Assembly (NCBI GenBank): GCA_002415345.1
Contig: DHXV01000003.1
Span: forward strand, 88,213-152,212
From: Patescibacteria group bacterium UBA5147
Lineage (GTDB): Bacteria; Patescibacteriota; Saccharimonadia; UBA4664
Direction of reading: 5' to 3'
Length of the DNA: 64,000 nucleotides
Within the stretch, counting starts at the first letter, position 1. Each line of letters begins with the position of its first letter. Positions 47,433-56,698 of this stretch are shown piece by piece. Under the pieces are notes generated by a model, which was given only the letters and a program-made list of their open reading frames with translations, was not told the DNA's origin and did no database searches. The position numbers were made by a program, and so were the translations under genes.

Positions 47433-49820
47433 TTAGGGCTTAGGTTTAAAAGTGTGCACCGGTGGGGTAACGATAGGAGTGTCAGCGGGGTTTCCTGGGT
47501 TGGTGCCGGGTGCTTTTGGGTCAGTACCGGGGCTTGGCGACGTACTGTCGGTGGGCGACGGAGTCGGGACGATCGCGCACTGCCTGGTGATGGGAGCGTC
47601 AGTGGGGGCCAGTTCGGTATAGCCTGAACCGGGGAGATTCGTCAGACCGCCATTGGCGCAAACGTGGAAGCCCGTGATATCGGTAGGCAGTTGGAAATTC
47701 TCAATCGGGGTGCCGGCCAGGGCAAATTCCATATAATCATGCCAAATTGGGGCGGCGCCGGTAATACCGTCGACATTATTCATGGCCGAGTGGTCGTTGT
47801 TCCCGACCCAAACCGCCGTGACTACGCTGGGCGTATAACCGACGGTCCAGTTGTCGCGGAAATCGTTGGTGGTACCGGTCTTGGCGGCGGCGGGACGGCT
47901 CAGTTTGAGCGGTGAGTTGGCCCCGAATTCCTCGGTCCGGGCTTGGTTGTCAGACAGGATGTTCGTAATCATGGCGGCGTATTTGGCTTCAAGGGCGCGG
48001 ACAGGCTTGGGCTGGCTGTCTTTGGTAATGTCCTTGCCGAAGCGGTCGGATACTTTGAGAATTGCTCGCGGCTTGACGTTCATACCTTGATTGGCGAAGG
48101 TCGCATACACGGTTGCCATATCGATCGGGCGCACTTCCCCGCCTCCCAGTACCAAGCTCAGGCCGTAGCGCGACGGGTCGTTGAGGCCCGTAATCCCCAG
48201 CCGATGAGCCATATCCAGCGTCTGGGGGATACCGGCAAACTTCAGTACTTTGACTGCCGGAATATTCAGCGAGTTCGCCAAAGCCCGGCGGAGCGTCACT
48301 TGCCCGCGGAATTTGAGGTCATAGTTTTTGGGTTCATAGAAAGTGCCGTCGCCGTTAGGTTCTCTGATAGGCTTGTCGTCGACCTGGGTCGATCCGTTCC
48401 ATCCTTTGGCAAAGGCGGTGACGTAGGCTATAGGCTTGAAGCTGGAACCCGGCTGCAAGTTTGCCAGCGTAACGTTCACGGCGCCAAAGCCGGGCGCGTT
48501 GTAGTCACGGCTACCAACCATGGCGATGATGTCGCCGCTGGAAGTATCGAGGGAAATAAGGCCGCCATTGGTGGCGTTATGGCCGGCCAGGCGGCTAAGC
48601 TGCGCCGCCACGATAGCCTGGGCCTGCTCCTGTTTAGCATAATCAAGCGTGGTCTTAACCGTAATACCACCTTGTTCAACTGCATCGTCGCCATACTGCT
48701 GGCGCAGTTGGTCTAAGACGTAAAAGACGAAATGCGGGGCCTTAATGGCGGCGTCACGAGCCTGCGCATTGAGCGGCTCGGCCTTGGCGGCTTGTTCCTG
48801 GGCTGAATTAATCATATGCAGGCCCGCCATCCGATCCAGGACATAATTGCGACGACCGAGGGCGGCTTCGGGATCCAGGTTGGGATCAAAACGGCTGGGA
48901 CCAAGGGGTAGTCCGGCAATAAAGGCCGATTGGCTCAAAGTCAGTTCGTGGGCCGGTTTGCGGAAGTATGATTGCGCGGCCGCTTCCACGCCGTTTGATC
49001 CCTGACCGTAGTAAACCTCGTTGAGGTACATGCCCAGAATCTCGTCCTTTGAATAACGGTTTTCCAACTCCACCGACAAGACCAGTTCCTGGAATTTGCG
49101 CTCAAAAGTTTTGTGAGACGTCAGAATGGCATTTTTTACGAGCTGCTGGGTAAGAGTGGAACCGCCCTCCACTGTGCCACCCTTGGTAACGTCGACCCAA
49201 GCTGCGCGGGCAGTCGATTGCCAGGAGAACCCGGGATGATCGTAAAAATTCGGGTCTTCGGCCGCCAGCGTGGCGTTCTTGAGGCTCTGCGGAACTTCGC
49301 TAAGCGCAATTACCTTGTTGGCCTGCGCCCCGTAACCGTTATATAAGACGACGCCGTTACGGTCGACGATGGTGGTACCGGACTTCTTGTTGTTAAGTAC
49401 GGCGGCGGGACTGGAAATGGTAGCGGCATAATGCGAAAACGTTGTCGCCACTAAATTGGTGCCGATAATTACCCCGGCAATGGCAGTAGTCGCACCGGTT
49501 GCCAGTACTAGTGCGCGGATACGGCGGGAGGTAAGCGCGCGACCACACACGGCCAGAAACGCTCCCAGATCATCCGTCGCCGCCTTGCCATACTGCGCGG
49601 CCGTCCCCCGTTGTTTCCAGATGGATGTCGCTCCGGTGGTAGCAGTCTCCCACAAGTCGGTGCCGATGCTGCGGCCACTCTCCCAGGCTGCTTCGGCGCC
49701 AATGGTCAGCTGCTGCCGTATCTCGGGCATAACCGGAGGCATCATTGTTCCTGGCATAGCCTCATAGAACGCGGTTTGGCGCTGCTGTTTTCTGCGTTTT
49801 TTCTGCTTGGATCGCGCCAT
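47433..49820 (-). CDS. class A penicillin-binding protein (bifunctional glycosyltransferase/transpeptidase, PBP1A-like)
   Basis: GT51 motifs (EDPNFYDHPGF, ...YLNEVYYGQG). TP motifs SxxK (SSFKP), SxN (SLN), KTG (KTGTTND). N-terminal TM. Pro/Thr-rich C-terminal tail. Confidence 0.9.
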   Translation of the reverse strand: MARSKQKKRRKQQRQTAFYEAMPGTMMPPVMPEIRQQLTIGAEAAWESGRSIGTDLWETATTGATSIWKQRGTAAQYGKAATDDLGAFLAVCGRALTSRRIRALVLATGATTAIAGVIIGTNLVATTFSHYAATISSPAAVLNNKKSGTTIVDRNGVVLYNGYGAQANKVIALSEVPQSLKNATLAAEDPNFYDHPGFSWQSTARAAWVDVTKGGTVEGGSTLTQQLVKNAILTSHKTFERKFQELVLSVELENRYSKDEILGMYLNEVYYGQGSNGVEAAAQSYFRKPAHELTLSQSAFIAGLPLGPSRFDPNLDPEAALGRRNYVLDRMAGLHMINSAQEQAAKAEPLNAQARDAAIKAPHFVFYVLDQLRQQYGDDAVEQGGITVKTTLDYAKQEQAQAIVAAQLSRLAGHNATNGGLISLDTSSGDIIAMVGSRDYNAPGFGAVNVTLANLQPGSSFKPIAYVTAFAKGWNGSTQVDDKPIREPNGDGTFYEPKNYDLKFRGQVTLRRALANSLNIPAVKVLKFAGIPQTLDMAHRLGITGLNDPSRYGLSLVLGGGEVRPIDMATVYATFANQGMNVKPRAILKVSDRFGKDITKDSQPKPVRALEAKYAAMITNILSDNQARTEEFGANSPLKLSRPAAAKTGTTNDFRDNWTVGYTPSVVTAVWVGNNDHSAMNNVDGITGAAPIWHDYMEFALAGTPIENFQLPTDITGFHVCANGGLTNLPGSGYTELAPTDAPITRQCAIVPTPSPTDSTSPSPGTDPKAPGTNPGNPADTPIVTPPVHTFKPKP

Positions 49821-49946
49821 AATTGCTCCGCTACCGCCTCAGGCGCATATGCCGCCCAGATTGCATTTATTGTGCATAATCATAGTAAATTATAGCCATA
49901 AATACAATGGCTGTAATTAATGCTTATGTTTATATCCGAATTATGG

Positions 49947-52268
49947 TTATTTTGATTTGACTATTCGTCGACGTTTGCTTTTGGCAGGAGCGGCTTTGAG
50001 CAGTTCCTCGCAGTCCTTAAGTGTCAGCTTGGCCGGCTCGATGTCCTTGGGGATTTTGGCATTCTTTGTGCCGTCGGTGATGTACGGTCCATAGCGACCA
50101 TTGAGCACGGCAATTTTTGTGCCTTCAAACTGGGTGATGTACTTGTTCTTGTCGGTTTCAATCTTGGCATCTATCAGTTCCAGCGCCCGCTCCAGGGTGA
50201 TAGTGAACGGGTCGTCGGGCTTTATCGAGACGTAGGTTGAGCCAAATTTTATATATGGTCCAAATTGGCCGTGGTTCGTCAGAATGTCCTTGCCGTCCTT
50301 GGTCTGTCCGACGGTGCGGGGCAGCTTGAACATCTCCAGTGCCTCTTCCATGGTGACGTCGTCGATACGGCGTCCGTTCGGCATGGGGGCGAACTTGGGC
50401 TTGTCCTCGTCTTCGGCGGTGCCGATTTGCAACATGGGGCCGAACTTGCCGAGGCGGGCGATGACCGGCTTGCCGGATTTAGGATCAGTTCCCAGTATAC
50501 GACGCCCACTTTCAGGTCCGTTGATATCTATTTTGGTGACTTTTAGGACTTGGTCGTGGAACGGCTCGTAAAACTCGGCGATCATGGCGTTCCAGACTTT
50601 TTGACCCTCGGCGATTTCATCGAACTCGCCTTCAACGCGGGCGGTAAAAGTGTAGTCGACGATGTCGGCGAAATGCTGTACCAGGAAGTCCGTTACTACC
50701 ATCCCGACCGATGTCGGCACTAGTTTGCCGCGGTCGGCGCCGTAGGTTTCGGTGATGCGTTCCTCGGTCACTTTTCCGGCGCTTGAGAGCTCGAACTTCT
50801 GGACGGGGCGTTCCTTACCTTCAAGGTCGCCTTTTACCACATAATCGCGGTCCTGGATTGTGGAAATTGTCGGAGCAAAGGTGGACGGGCGGCCGATACC
50901 CATTTCTTCAAGGCGTTTGACCAGTGAGGCTTCGGTGTAGCGCGGCTTGGGACGGTCATATACTTGCGCGGCGCCCATGCGGGCCAAGTCCAGGATCTGT
51001 CCGACGGTTAGTGGCGGTAGAATTCCTTCTTCGGCCGTATCATCTTCTTCATCATGGCTGACCAGGTATAGTTTGAGGAAGCCGTCAAAGATGACGACTT
51101 CGCCCTTGGCCGCCAGTTTTTCTGGCCGCGTCGAGATGGCGACCTCTGCGGTAGTGCGTTCCAGCTGGGCGTCGGCCATTTGGGAAGCCAGGGTGCGTTT
51201 CCAGATTAGTTCATAGAGTCTGGCTTCGTTACGGTCGCCGGTAATGGACGAGATTCCGAATTCCGTCGGGCGGATGGCTTCGTGAGCCTCCTGTGCCCCG
51301 GCGCTCTTGGTGGTGAACTGGCGGCGCTCGTGGTACTTGGCGCCGTATTCCTTGACGATCGTCTCTTGGGCGCCGTTGAGAGCCAAATCGCTTAGGTGTA
51401 CGGAGTCAGTACGCATGTAGGTGATTCTTCCGGCCTCATAGAGTTTTTGGGCGACGACCATGGTCTGGCGGACGCTGAAACTTAACTTGCGGCTGGCCTC
51501 CTGCTGGAGGGTGGAAGTAGTAAATGGCGCGGCGGGAGTACGCTTGCCGGGTTTGGTTTCAAGTCCCGACACGCTGAAGCGGGCGCCAACGCAGTCGGTC
51601 AAGAATTGCTTGGCTTCATCGGCGGTCGGGAATTTGCGGGGCAGCTCGGCTTTTAAGACGGCTCCCCCGTCCAACGTGAACTCGGCCGTGATCTTGAAAC
51701 TGGACTTGGCATCAAAGCCCTCAATTTCCCGTTCGCGTTCCACGATGAGGCGTACGGCCACGCTCTGCACGCGCCCGGCGCTGAGTCCCCGCTGGACCTT
51801 CTTCCATAATACGGGCGACAACTCATAACCTACCAATCGGTCCAGAACACGGCGGGCCTGCTGCGCGTCTACCAGGTTCTGATCAACGAACCGCGGCGCC
51901 TCGATGGCCGCCATGATGGCCGGCTTGGTAATCTCGTGAAATACGATGCGCTTGGTGGTTTTGGGGTCCAGTCCCAGTGCCTGGCACAGGTGCCAGCTGA
52001 TAGCCTCGCCCTCGCGGTCTTCATCGGAGGCCAGATAAACGTCTTCGACGCCCTTGGCGAGTTTCTTGAGTTCGGTAATGCGCTTTTTCTTGTCGGGGCT
52101 TACCTCGTAGGCCGGCACGAAACCGTTTTCGATGTCAATCGACATTCCGCTTTTGGGCAGGTCACGGACATGCCCAAACGAGGCCTCGACGATATAATCG
52201 GGACCTAAAAACTTACTGATAGTCTTGCCCTTAGCCGGGCTCTCGACGATAACAAGGTGTTTGCTCAT
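49947..52268 (-). CDS. topA: DNA topoisomerase I
   Basis: Toprim N-terminus (LVIVESPAKGKTISKFLG). Catalytic Tyr region. Basic C-terminal tail. Start taken at MSKHL (52268); the ORF is open to 52334. Confidence 0.9.
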   Translation of the reverse strand: MSKHLVIVESPAKGKTISKFLGPDYIVEASFGHVRDLPKSGMSIDIENGFVPAYEVSPDKKKRITELKKLAKGVEDVYLASDEDREGEAISWHLCQALGLDPKTTKRIVFHEITKPAIMAAIEAPRFVDQNLVDAQQARRVLDRLVGYELSPVLWKKVQRGLSAGRVQSVAVRLIVEREREIEGFDAKSSFKITAEFTLDGGAVLKAELPRKFPTADEAKQFLTDCVGARFSVSGLETKPGKRTPAAPFTTSTLQQEASRKLSFSVRQTMVVAQKLYEAGRITYMRTDSVHLSDLALNGAQETIVKEYGAKYHERRQFTTKSAGAQEAHEAIRPTEFGISSITGDRNEARLYELIWKRTLASQMADAQLERTTAEVAISTRPEKLAAKGEVVIFDGFLKLYLVSHDEEDDTAEEGILPPLTVGQILDLARMGAAQVYDRPKPRYTEASLVKRLEEMGIGRPSTFAPTISTIQDRDYVVKGDLEGKERPVQKFELSSAGKVTEERITETYGADRGKLVPTSVGMVVTDFLVQHFADIVDYTFTARVEGEFDEIAEGQKVWNAMIAEFYEPFHDQVLKVTKIDINGPESGRRILGTDPKSGKPVIARLGKFGPMLQIGTAEDEDKPKFAPMPNGRRIDDVTMEEALEMFKLPRTVGQTKDGKDILTNHGQFGPYIKFGSTYVSIKPDDPFTITLERALELIDAKIETDKNKYITQFEGTKIAVLNGRYGPYITDGTKNAKIPKDIEPAKLTLKDCEELLKAAPAKSKRRRIVKSK

Positions 52269-52434
52269 GAGTCCGAGCATATAGGTATGGGTGATGGTAT
52301 GTCTAGGTGTGGAAGATAATTTTGGGCCCATCAACTAAGTAAAAGCCCCAGTAGGCCGCAATGGCATACCGGGGGTAAAGCGAAGTGGGACAAGTGTTTA
52401 GAGCTGGCTGTAGCGCCGCTTAGACTGCCCGAGT

Positions 52435-52848
52435 TTAAGCCAAGGGTTGCCGGAAGTTATTATGGATATTGAGCAGGAGGCCGTCATGATGTTTGGGCAA
52501 GAGCGCCCGGATTTCATCAATGCGGCCTTTCCAGTCGGTCGGCAGGAGCCACACGTCGAGTGACTTGTTTCTAATGAACGAAGTCGCGTAGCCTTCGTCG
52601 AACTGAGCTATCTCGGCGACGTCGAATCGTCGGTCGGTGGAATCGATAAACCCGTTCCCGAGAGTTTTTACGAACTTCTGGAAATCAACTTCATCGACGA
52701 TGATCACTATATCTATATCATTGCCGATCAGGTCGCGGGCGACTGAGCCGAAAATGATGACGTCTATCACGTGGGAGCTGTACTTCTTGATGTCTTCGGC
52801 GACTCCCCAAGCCGCATTGTAAGTGCAATTGAGCGTTGATGGGGCCAT
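52435..52848 (-). CDS. minimal nucleotidyltransferase (Pol-beta-like NTase fold) protein, solo
   Basis: GSVARD...DIDIVIIVDE is the GS(x)n...DxD signature of MNT-type nucleotidyltransferases. No HEPN partner ORF was found adjacent. Confidence 0.6.
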   Translation of the reverse strand: MAPSTLNCTYNAAWGVAEDIKKYSSHVIDVIIFGSVARDLIGNDIDIVIIVDEVDFQKFVKTLGNGFIDSTDRRFDVAEIAQFDEGYATSFIRNKSLDVWLLPTDWKGRIDEIRALLPKHHDGLLLNIHNNFRQPLA

Positions 52849-53012
52849 ATTACCGACCTGCAGCAAAATATCCTCCGTAGTCGAACGACTGATGGGATTG
52901 AACTATATTTGGATTAGTCTTAACCTATATTAGAACATAATACGTTAAACGTCAATAAGACTGGAATTAGATTAAGAGATCACTAACATTTACCCCAAGA
53001 AAACAAGAACCC

Positions 53013-53043
53013 CCGGTAAACAAAGTTCGTTTATCGGGGGTAG
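53013..53043 (-). terminator. rho-independent terminator for the small-membrane-protein genes
   Basis: CCCCCGGTAAAC-aaagttc-GTTTATCGGGGG 12-bp stem. The minus strand continues TTCTTGTTTTCTTGG. Confidence 0.7.
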
Positions 53044-53134
53044 CCTCGGAATGAGGCGGTGTAAGAAGAACTGGGAGCGCGGTCGGGTTCTGGAGTTGTA
53101 ATCGAGACCGTGAGGGTCACTTTGGACTTGCTTG

Positions 53135-53335
53135 TCAGAGGTCCAATGAGGGAGTTAGAACAACCCACACGACTATAGAGATACTTACTAGGGTTACCAA
53201 TAATCCTATTGGTAACATCCATTTCCTGGCGCTTATGGGTTTATTTGGATTGCTACTAAAGCCTGCAGCCACTAATACAGCCACCGTAAGCAGTAAAGCT
53301 ACGACTGCGATTGCAGTAAGAAGGATAGTTTTCAT
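53135..53335 (-). CDS. small two-TM membrane protein (66 aa), hypothetical
   Basis: Two hydrophobic helices (ILLTAIAVVALLLTVAVLVAAGF and MLPIGLLVTLVSISIVVWVVL). Lower-GC region. Confidence 0.45.
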   Translation of the reverse strand: MKTILLTAIAVVALLLTVAVLVAAGFSSNPNKPISARKWMLPIGLLVTLVSISIVVWVVLTPSLDL

Positions 53336-53346
53336 GAGTGAGCCAC

Positions 53347-53583
53347 CTAATCTGTTGGGCCAGACGTATGTACGCTTGGTGCTTGTGGTGATGGACTAGA
53401 TCGATGGGCTAAATCGTTTAGCCTGTCCCATCCGGCACAGAACGTAAGCACGGCAAAACCAGCGTCGAGTTTCCAAAGTGCATTATTTCTGGATGCAAAG
53501 TAGACCACCCCGCATGCAAGCATTATCGTTGCGATGTGATGAAGAATGATCCAGAAAATAAGTTTTCGCGTATCGGTAATCAT
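53347..53583 (-). CDS. small two-TM membrane protein (78 aa), hypothetical
   Basis: LIFWIILHHIATIMLACGVVYF and LDAGFAVLTFCAGW helices. Start taken at internal ATG 53583. Confidence 0.4.
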   Translation of the reverse strand: MITDTRKLIFWIILHHIATIMLACGVVYFASRNNALWKLDAGFAVLTFCAGWDRLNDLAHRSSPSPQAPSVHTSGPTD

Positions 53584-53661
53584 GTGGTTACCTCGGTTTC
53601 GTCGACTGTAGTTATGGGAGTCGCCTGGAAGGCTCATGCATGCCGGAGCGATAACCGTTAA

Positions 53662-53964
53662 CTATTTGGGATGCTTTTCGTCCCATAGCCCCTCAGCTTC
53701 CGATTTGATGTCCGCACACGCGTCAATTTCAAGAATGACGCGCACGCAACCCACAAGGAATGTGAGTAAGCCTATGAGGATTGCGATTGAGTAGTTGGGG
53801 TGGACCGGCGGCTGGTCTACCATCCCGAGTGACCCGGATAGTATCCTAGATAGGAACAAAGGGTAAAGCGCTATCAAAGCAAACACGCAGGGGTAAAGAA
53901 CAAGGTTCGCTGCGTACCAGCGGAGCCCTCGGCGCCTGACGTAAAGCCTTAGATTATTTGCCAT
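53662..53964 (-). CDS. small two-TM membrane protein (100 aa), hypothetical
   Basis: AANLVLYPCVFALIALYPLFL and YSIAILIGLLTFLVGCVRVIL helices. Start taken at ATG 53964. Confidence 0.4.
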   Translation of the reverse strand: MANNLRLYVRRRGLRWYAANLVLYPCVFALIALYPLFLSRILSGSLGMVDQPPVHPNYSIAILIGLLTFLVGCVRVILEIDACADIKSEAEGLWDEKHPK

Positions 53965-54313
53965 CGCGAGCAACCTCTCAAAGCGTTGAGTGGTAGGGAT
54001 TTGTGCTTGATGCAGTTGTGAAAAAGCGTGAGTTTTAGTTCAACAATTCGTAAACCATAGCATAAAAACTCTAAAATGTAAACAAGTACTATCGACAACT
54101 CTAACCCTTTGTGTTACAGTCTTATCAATTGTTATTCGTGTATCTGCGTTTCGGTTGAAGAATTGCGCTGATGATCATGAAAAGCAGTTCTACATCAAAC
54201 ATCTTTAAGATGCACGTCCCCTACGCGATTCAAACGCGCCACATGCCCCAACATACACGGGCACACCTTGGCGATTACCGCCGGAGCGAACGAGACCTGC
54301 ATGGAGCAAAATA

Positions 54314-55570
54314 TTGTATTCCAACTCAAATGGCAGCCGTAGTGGCCGCCCGGTTTTTTCATCGCGTAACCAACGCCGGAAACCAACAACCAAAACCATT
54401 GACCCGAGCAAGTTCATCAACAAGGCCACGCCTATCGTCGATGAAATTCCTTTCGTGTCGATAAATAAATTTGCCGATTTCGGCTTTGACCAGCGTCTTA
54501 TGAGCAACATCGATGAGCACGGCTACGTCCACCCGACACCGATCCAGGATGGCGCCATTCCGCTCGTCCTCGAAGGCAAAGACCTCATCGGCCTAGCCAA
54601 CACCGGTACCGGTAAAACCGCTGCCTTCCTGTTGCCGCTCTTGCAGCGCATGCTGACCGGCCAGACCAAGCGCACCCTCATCATGGTGCCGACCCGCGAA
54701 CTGGCCGTCCAGATCGAGGAAGAGTTCCGTATGTTCGCCCGCGGCCTCAACCTGTACTCGGCACTAGTCGTTGGTGGCGCGTCCATCAACCGCCAGCTCA
54801 TGCAGATCCGCCGTCGCCCGCAGTTCATCATTGGAACGCCCGGCCGTATCAAGGATCTCCTGGAGAACTACGGCCTGACCTTCGAAGGCTTTGACACCCT
54901 GGTGTTAGACGAGGCCGACCGCATGTTGGACATGGGATTCATTAAAGACATCCGTACCATCATCGGCCACTTCCCCGGCGAGCGTCACTCGATGTTCTTT
55001 AGTGCCACGACCAACCGCGAAATCGAGGGTCTGATTTCGACCATCCTCAACAATCCCGAGACCGTCAGCGTCCGCAAGGGCGAAACCTCAAGCCACGTCG
55101 AACAGGATGTTGTCCGTTACGACGGTGATCGCGACGCCAAGGAGGACACGTTGGCCCGCATGCTGGCACTGCCCGAATTCAAGAAGGTCCTCATTTTTGG
55201 TGAGACCAAATGGGGCGTGCAGAAGCTCGCTGACCGCTTGAACCAGAAGGGCCTCAAGGTTGAAGCCATTCACGGCAACAAGAGCCAGCCACAGCGCCAG
55301 CGGGCGTTGAACGCCTTTAAGAACGAGACCGTTCAGGCGCTCATCGCCACCGACGTCGCTGCCCGCGGCTTGGACATCCCGAACGTGTCGCACGTCATCA
55401 ACTACGACCAGCCTAAGGTCTACGAAGACTACATCCACCGAATCGGCCGTACCGGCCGGGCCGGACAAATGGGTATTGCCCTGACGTTCGTCTCCAATCA
55501 GCCAGAGGCCTTTGTTCCCCGCGCCTCAAGCGGTGGTTACAGCGGCAATAACGGCAAACGCCGCTACTAA
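54314..55570 (+). CDS. DEAD-box ATP-dependent RNA helicase
   Basis: Q motif (F...GYVHPTPIQ), Walker A AQTGTGKT (LANTGTGKT), DEAD (VLDEADRMLDMGF), SAT, HRIGRTGR. TTG start at 54314 preceded by GGAG with an 8-nt spacer. The first in-frame ATG lies inside the Q-motif region and so cannot be the start. Confidence 0.9.
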   Translation: MYSNSNGSRSGRPVFSSRNQRRKPTTKTIDPSKFINKATPIVDEIPFVSINKFADFGFDQRLMSNIDEHGYVHPTPIQDGAIPLVLEGKDLIGLANTGTGKTAAFLLPLLQRMLTGQTKRTLIMVPTRELAVQIEEEFRMFARGLNLYSALVVGGASINRQLMQIRRRPQFIIGTPGRIKDLLENYGLTFEGFDTLVLDEADRMLDMGFIKDIRTIIGHFPGERHSMFFSATTNREIEGLISTILNNPETVSVRKGETSSHVEQDVVRYDGDRDAKEDTLARMLALPEFKKVLIFGETKWGVQKLADRLNQKGLKVEAIHGNKSQPQRQRALNAFKNETVQALIATDVAARGLDIPNVSHVINYDQPKVYEDYIHRIGRTGRAGQMGIALTFVSNQPEAFVPRASSGGYSGNNGKRRY

Positions 55571-55585
55571 AGCCAGTAGATTCTA

Positions 55586-55613
55586 AAAAGAGCCCCTTCG
55601 GGGGCTCTTTTTA
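55586..55613. terminator. bidirectional rho-independent terminator (AAAAAGAGCCCC-TTCG-GGGGCTCTTTTT)
   Basis: Perfect stem with UUCG loop and flanking A/T tracts between convergent genes. Confidence 0.85.
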
Positions 55614-55629
55614 TGTTGGGCGGCTAAGC

Positions 55630-56034
55630 TTAGACGATATCATCCCGCCTCATGCCCGCGAAAAGCCGGTTGAGAAGATAGGCCAGTACGACAACCACCA
55701 CCGCGGCGCCAATCGCTCCGAAGTCAAAGTAGCTGGCTGCGCTCGAGACCGTTTGGAACGGCTGGGCCATCCAATCGGTGATAGCGTTCATAAAGTTCAC
55801 GAAGCCGTTTGCTACGTCATTGGAGAACAGGTGCGTGAAGAATCGGACCGCGAGCAGCGCCGACAGGATATAGGCGACCACTCCGACTATTTGTTCGCCC
55901 ACCGATGATGCAGCCGCCATGTTTACGTCGCGCTCGGTGACCGTCTGGTAATCGTTGGGCATTGTTGGGGTAATAGATTCATGAAAGTCGTCGTAATCAT
56001 TACGCCGACGACCGTGAATACGGTTCTTTGCCAT
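55630..56034 (-). CDS. YggT-family-like two-TM membrane protein, paralog 1
   Basis: VVAYILSALLAVRFFTHLF...FVNFMNAITDWMAQPF resembles the YGGT repeat. Paralogous to the 56191 gene. Confidence 0.4.
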   Translation of the reverse strand: MAKNRIHGRRRNDYDDFHESITPTMPNDYQTVTERDVNMAAASSVGEQIVGVVAYILSALLAVRFFTHLFSNDVANGFVNFMNAITDWMAQPFQTVSSAASYFDFGAIGAAVVVVVLAYLLNRLFAGMRRDDIV

Positions 56035-56151
56035 AATTATTTCCTCATAACATTAATTACACCCCAATTATTGGCTGTCGGGCTCATAAAAGCATTAGGC
56101 AAAGTATCAGACTTAAGGGTATGGCTCGGGTGTATGTTGCATAGTTTCCTC

Positions 56152-56182
56152 AAAAAAAGGAGCCCGCAGGCTCGATTTTTTG
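56152..56182 (-). terminator. hairpin with flanking A/T tracts after the 56191 gene
   Basis: CAAAAAAAGGAGCC-cgca-GGCTCGATTTTTTG. Confidence 0.6.
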
Positions 56183-56190
56183 TAGGCTCT

Positions 56191-56631
56191 CTAGGCGCGC
56201 CCGATTCTTAAGAGTCGACCAATGGCGTACCCGATGAGCGAGTAAATGGCCATGGCCACCAGCGTTTCGAACTCAAATCGCGCAACCCCGTACTGGAAGG
56301 TGTAACCGAACAGCCCAAAGAACGGCGCGACAAAGGGGTACGTCAAGTTGTAGATGAACTGGGCGAAGCCGTTGTTTTGGTTGGCGCCCAACAGTGATAG
56401 CACAAAGCGTATCGCCAAGAGCCCCTCAAGCAGTCCAATGATATAATAAACGATCATTTCCACCTTGGCGCCGGTTCCCGCGTGCCGTGCCACGACCGTT
56501 TCGGTGGTCGCGCCATTCTCGACTGGGGCTGTGGTGGTAGTTTCAGTGGTACGTTCTGTGTCGGCCATAAGGATAACTCCGATAATGTTAAATACGATGG
56601 AATTATGCACTCCCTTGATAAGCGATAGCAT
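56191..56631 (-). CDS. YggT-family-like membrane protein, paralog 2
   Basis: IVYYIIGLLEGLLAIRFVLSLLG...FAQFIYNLTYPFVAPF is similar to paralog 1. Thr/Glu-rich N-terminal region. Confidence 0.4.
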   Translation of the reverse strand: MLSLIKGVHNSIVFNIIGVILMADTERTTETTTTAPVENGATTETVVARHAGTGAKVEMIVYYIIGLLEGLLAIRFVLSLLGANQNNGFAQFIYNLTYPFVAPFFGLFGYTFQYGVARFEFETLVAMAIYSLIGYAIGRLLRIGRA

Positions 56632-56698
56632 TGTACGAAGTTACAACGAAATACTTACCATTACGCTTAAGCTGTGATTTTGTAACTCTCGGAGAGGG

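Noticed and set aside
47943-48716. 257-aa + strand ORF
   Set aside because: Antisense to the class A PBP gene, which has clear GT51/TP motifs.
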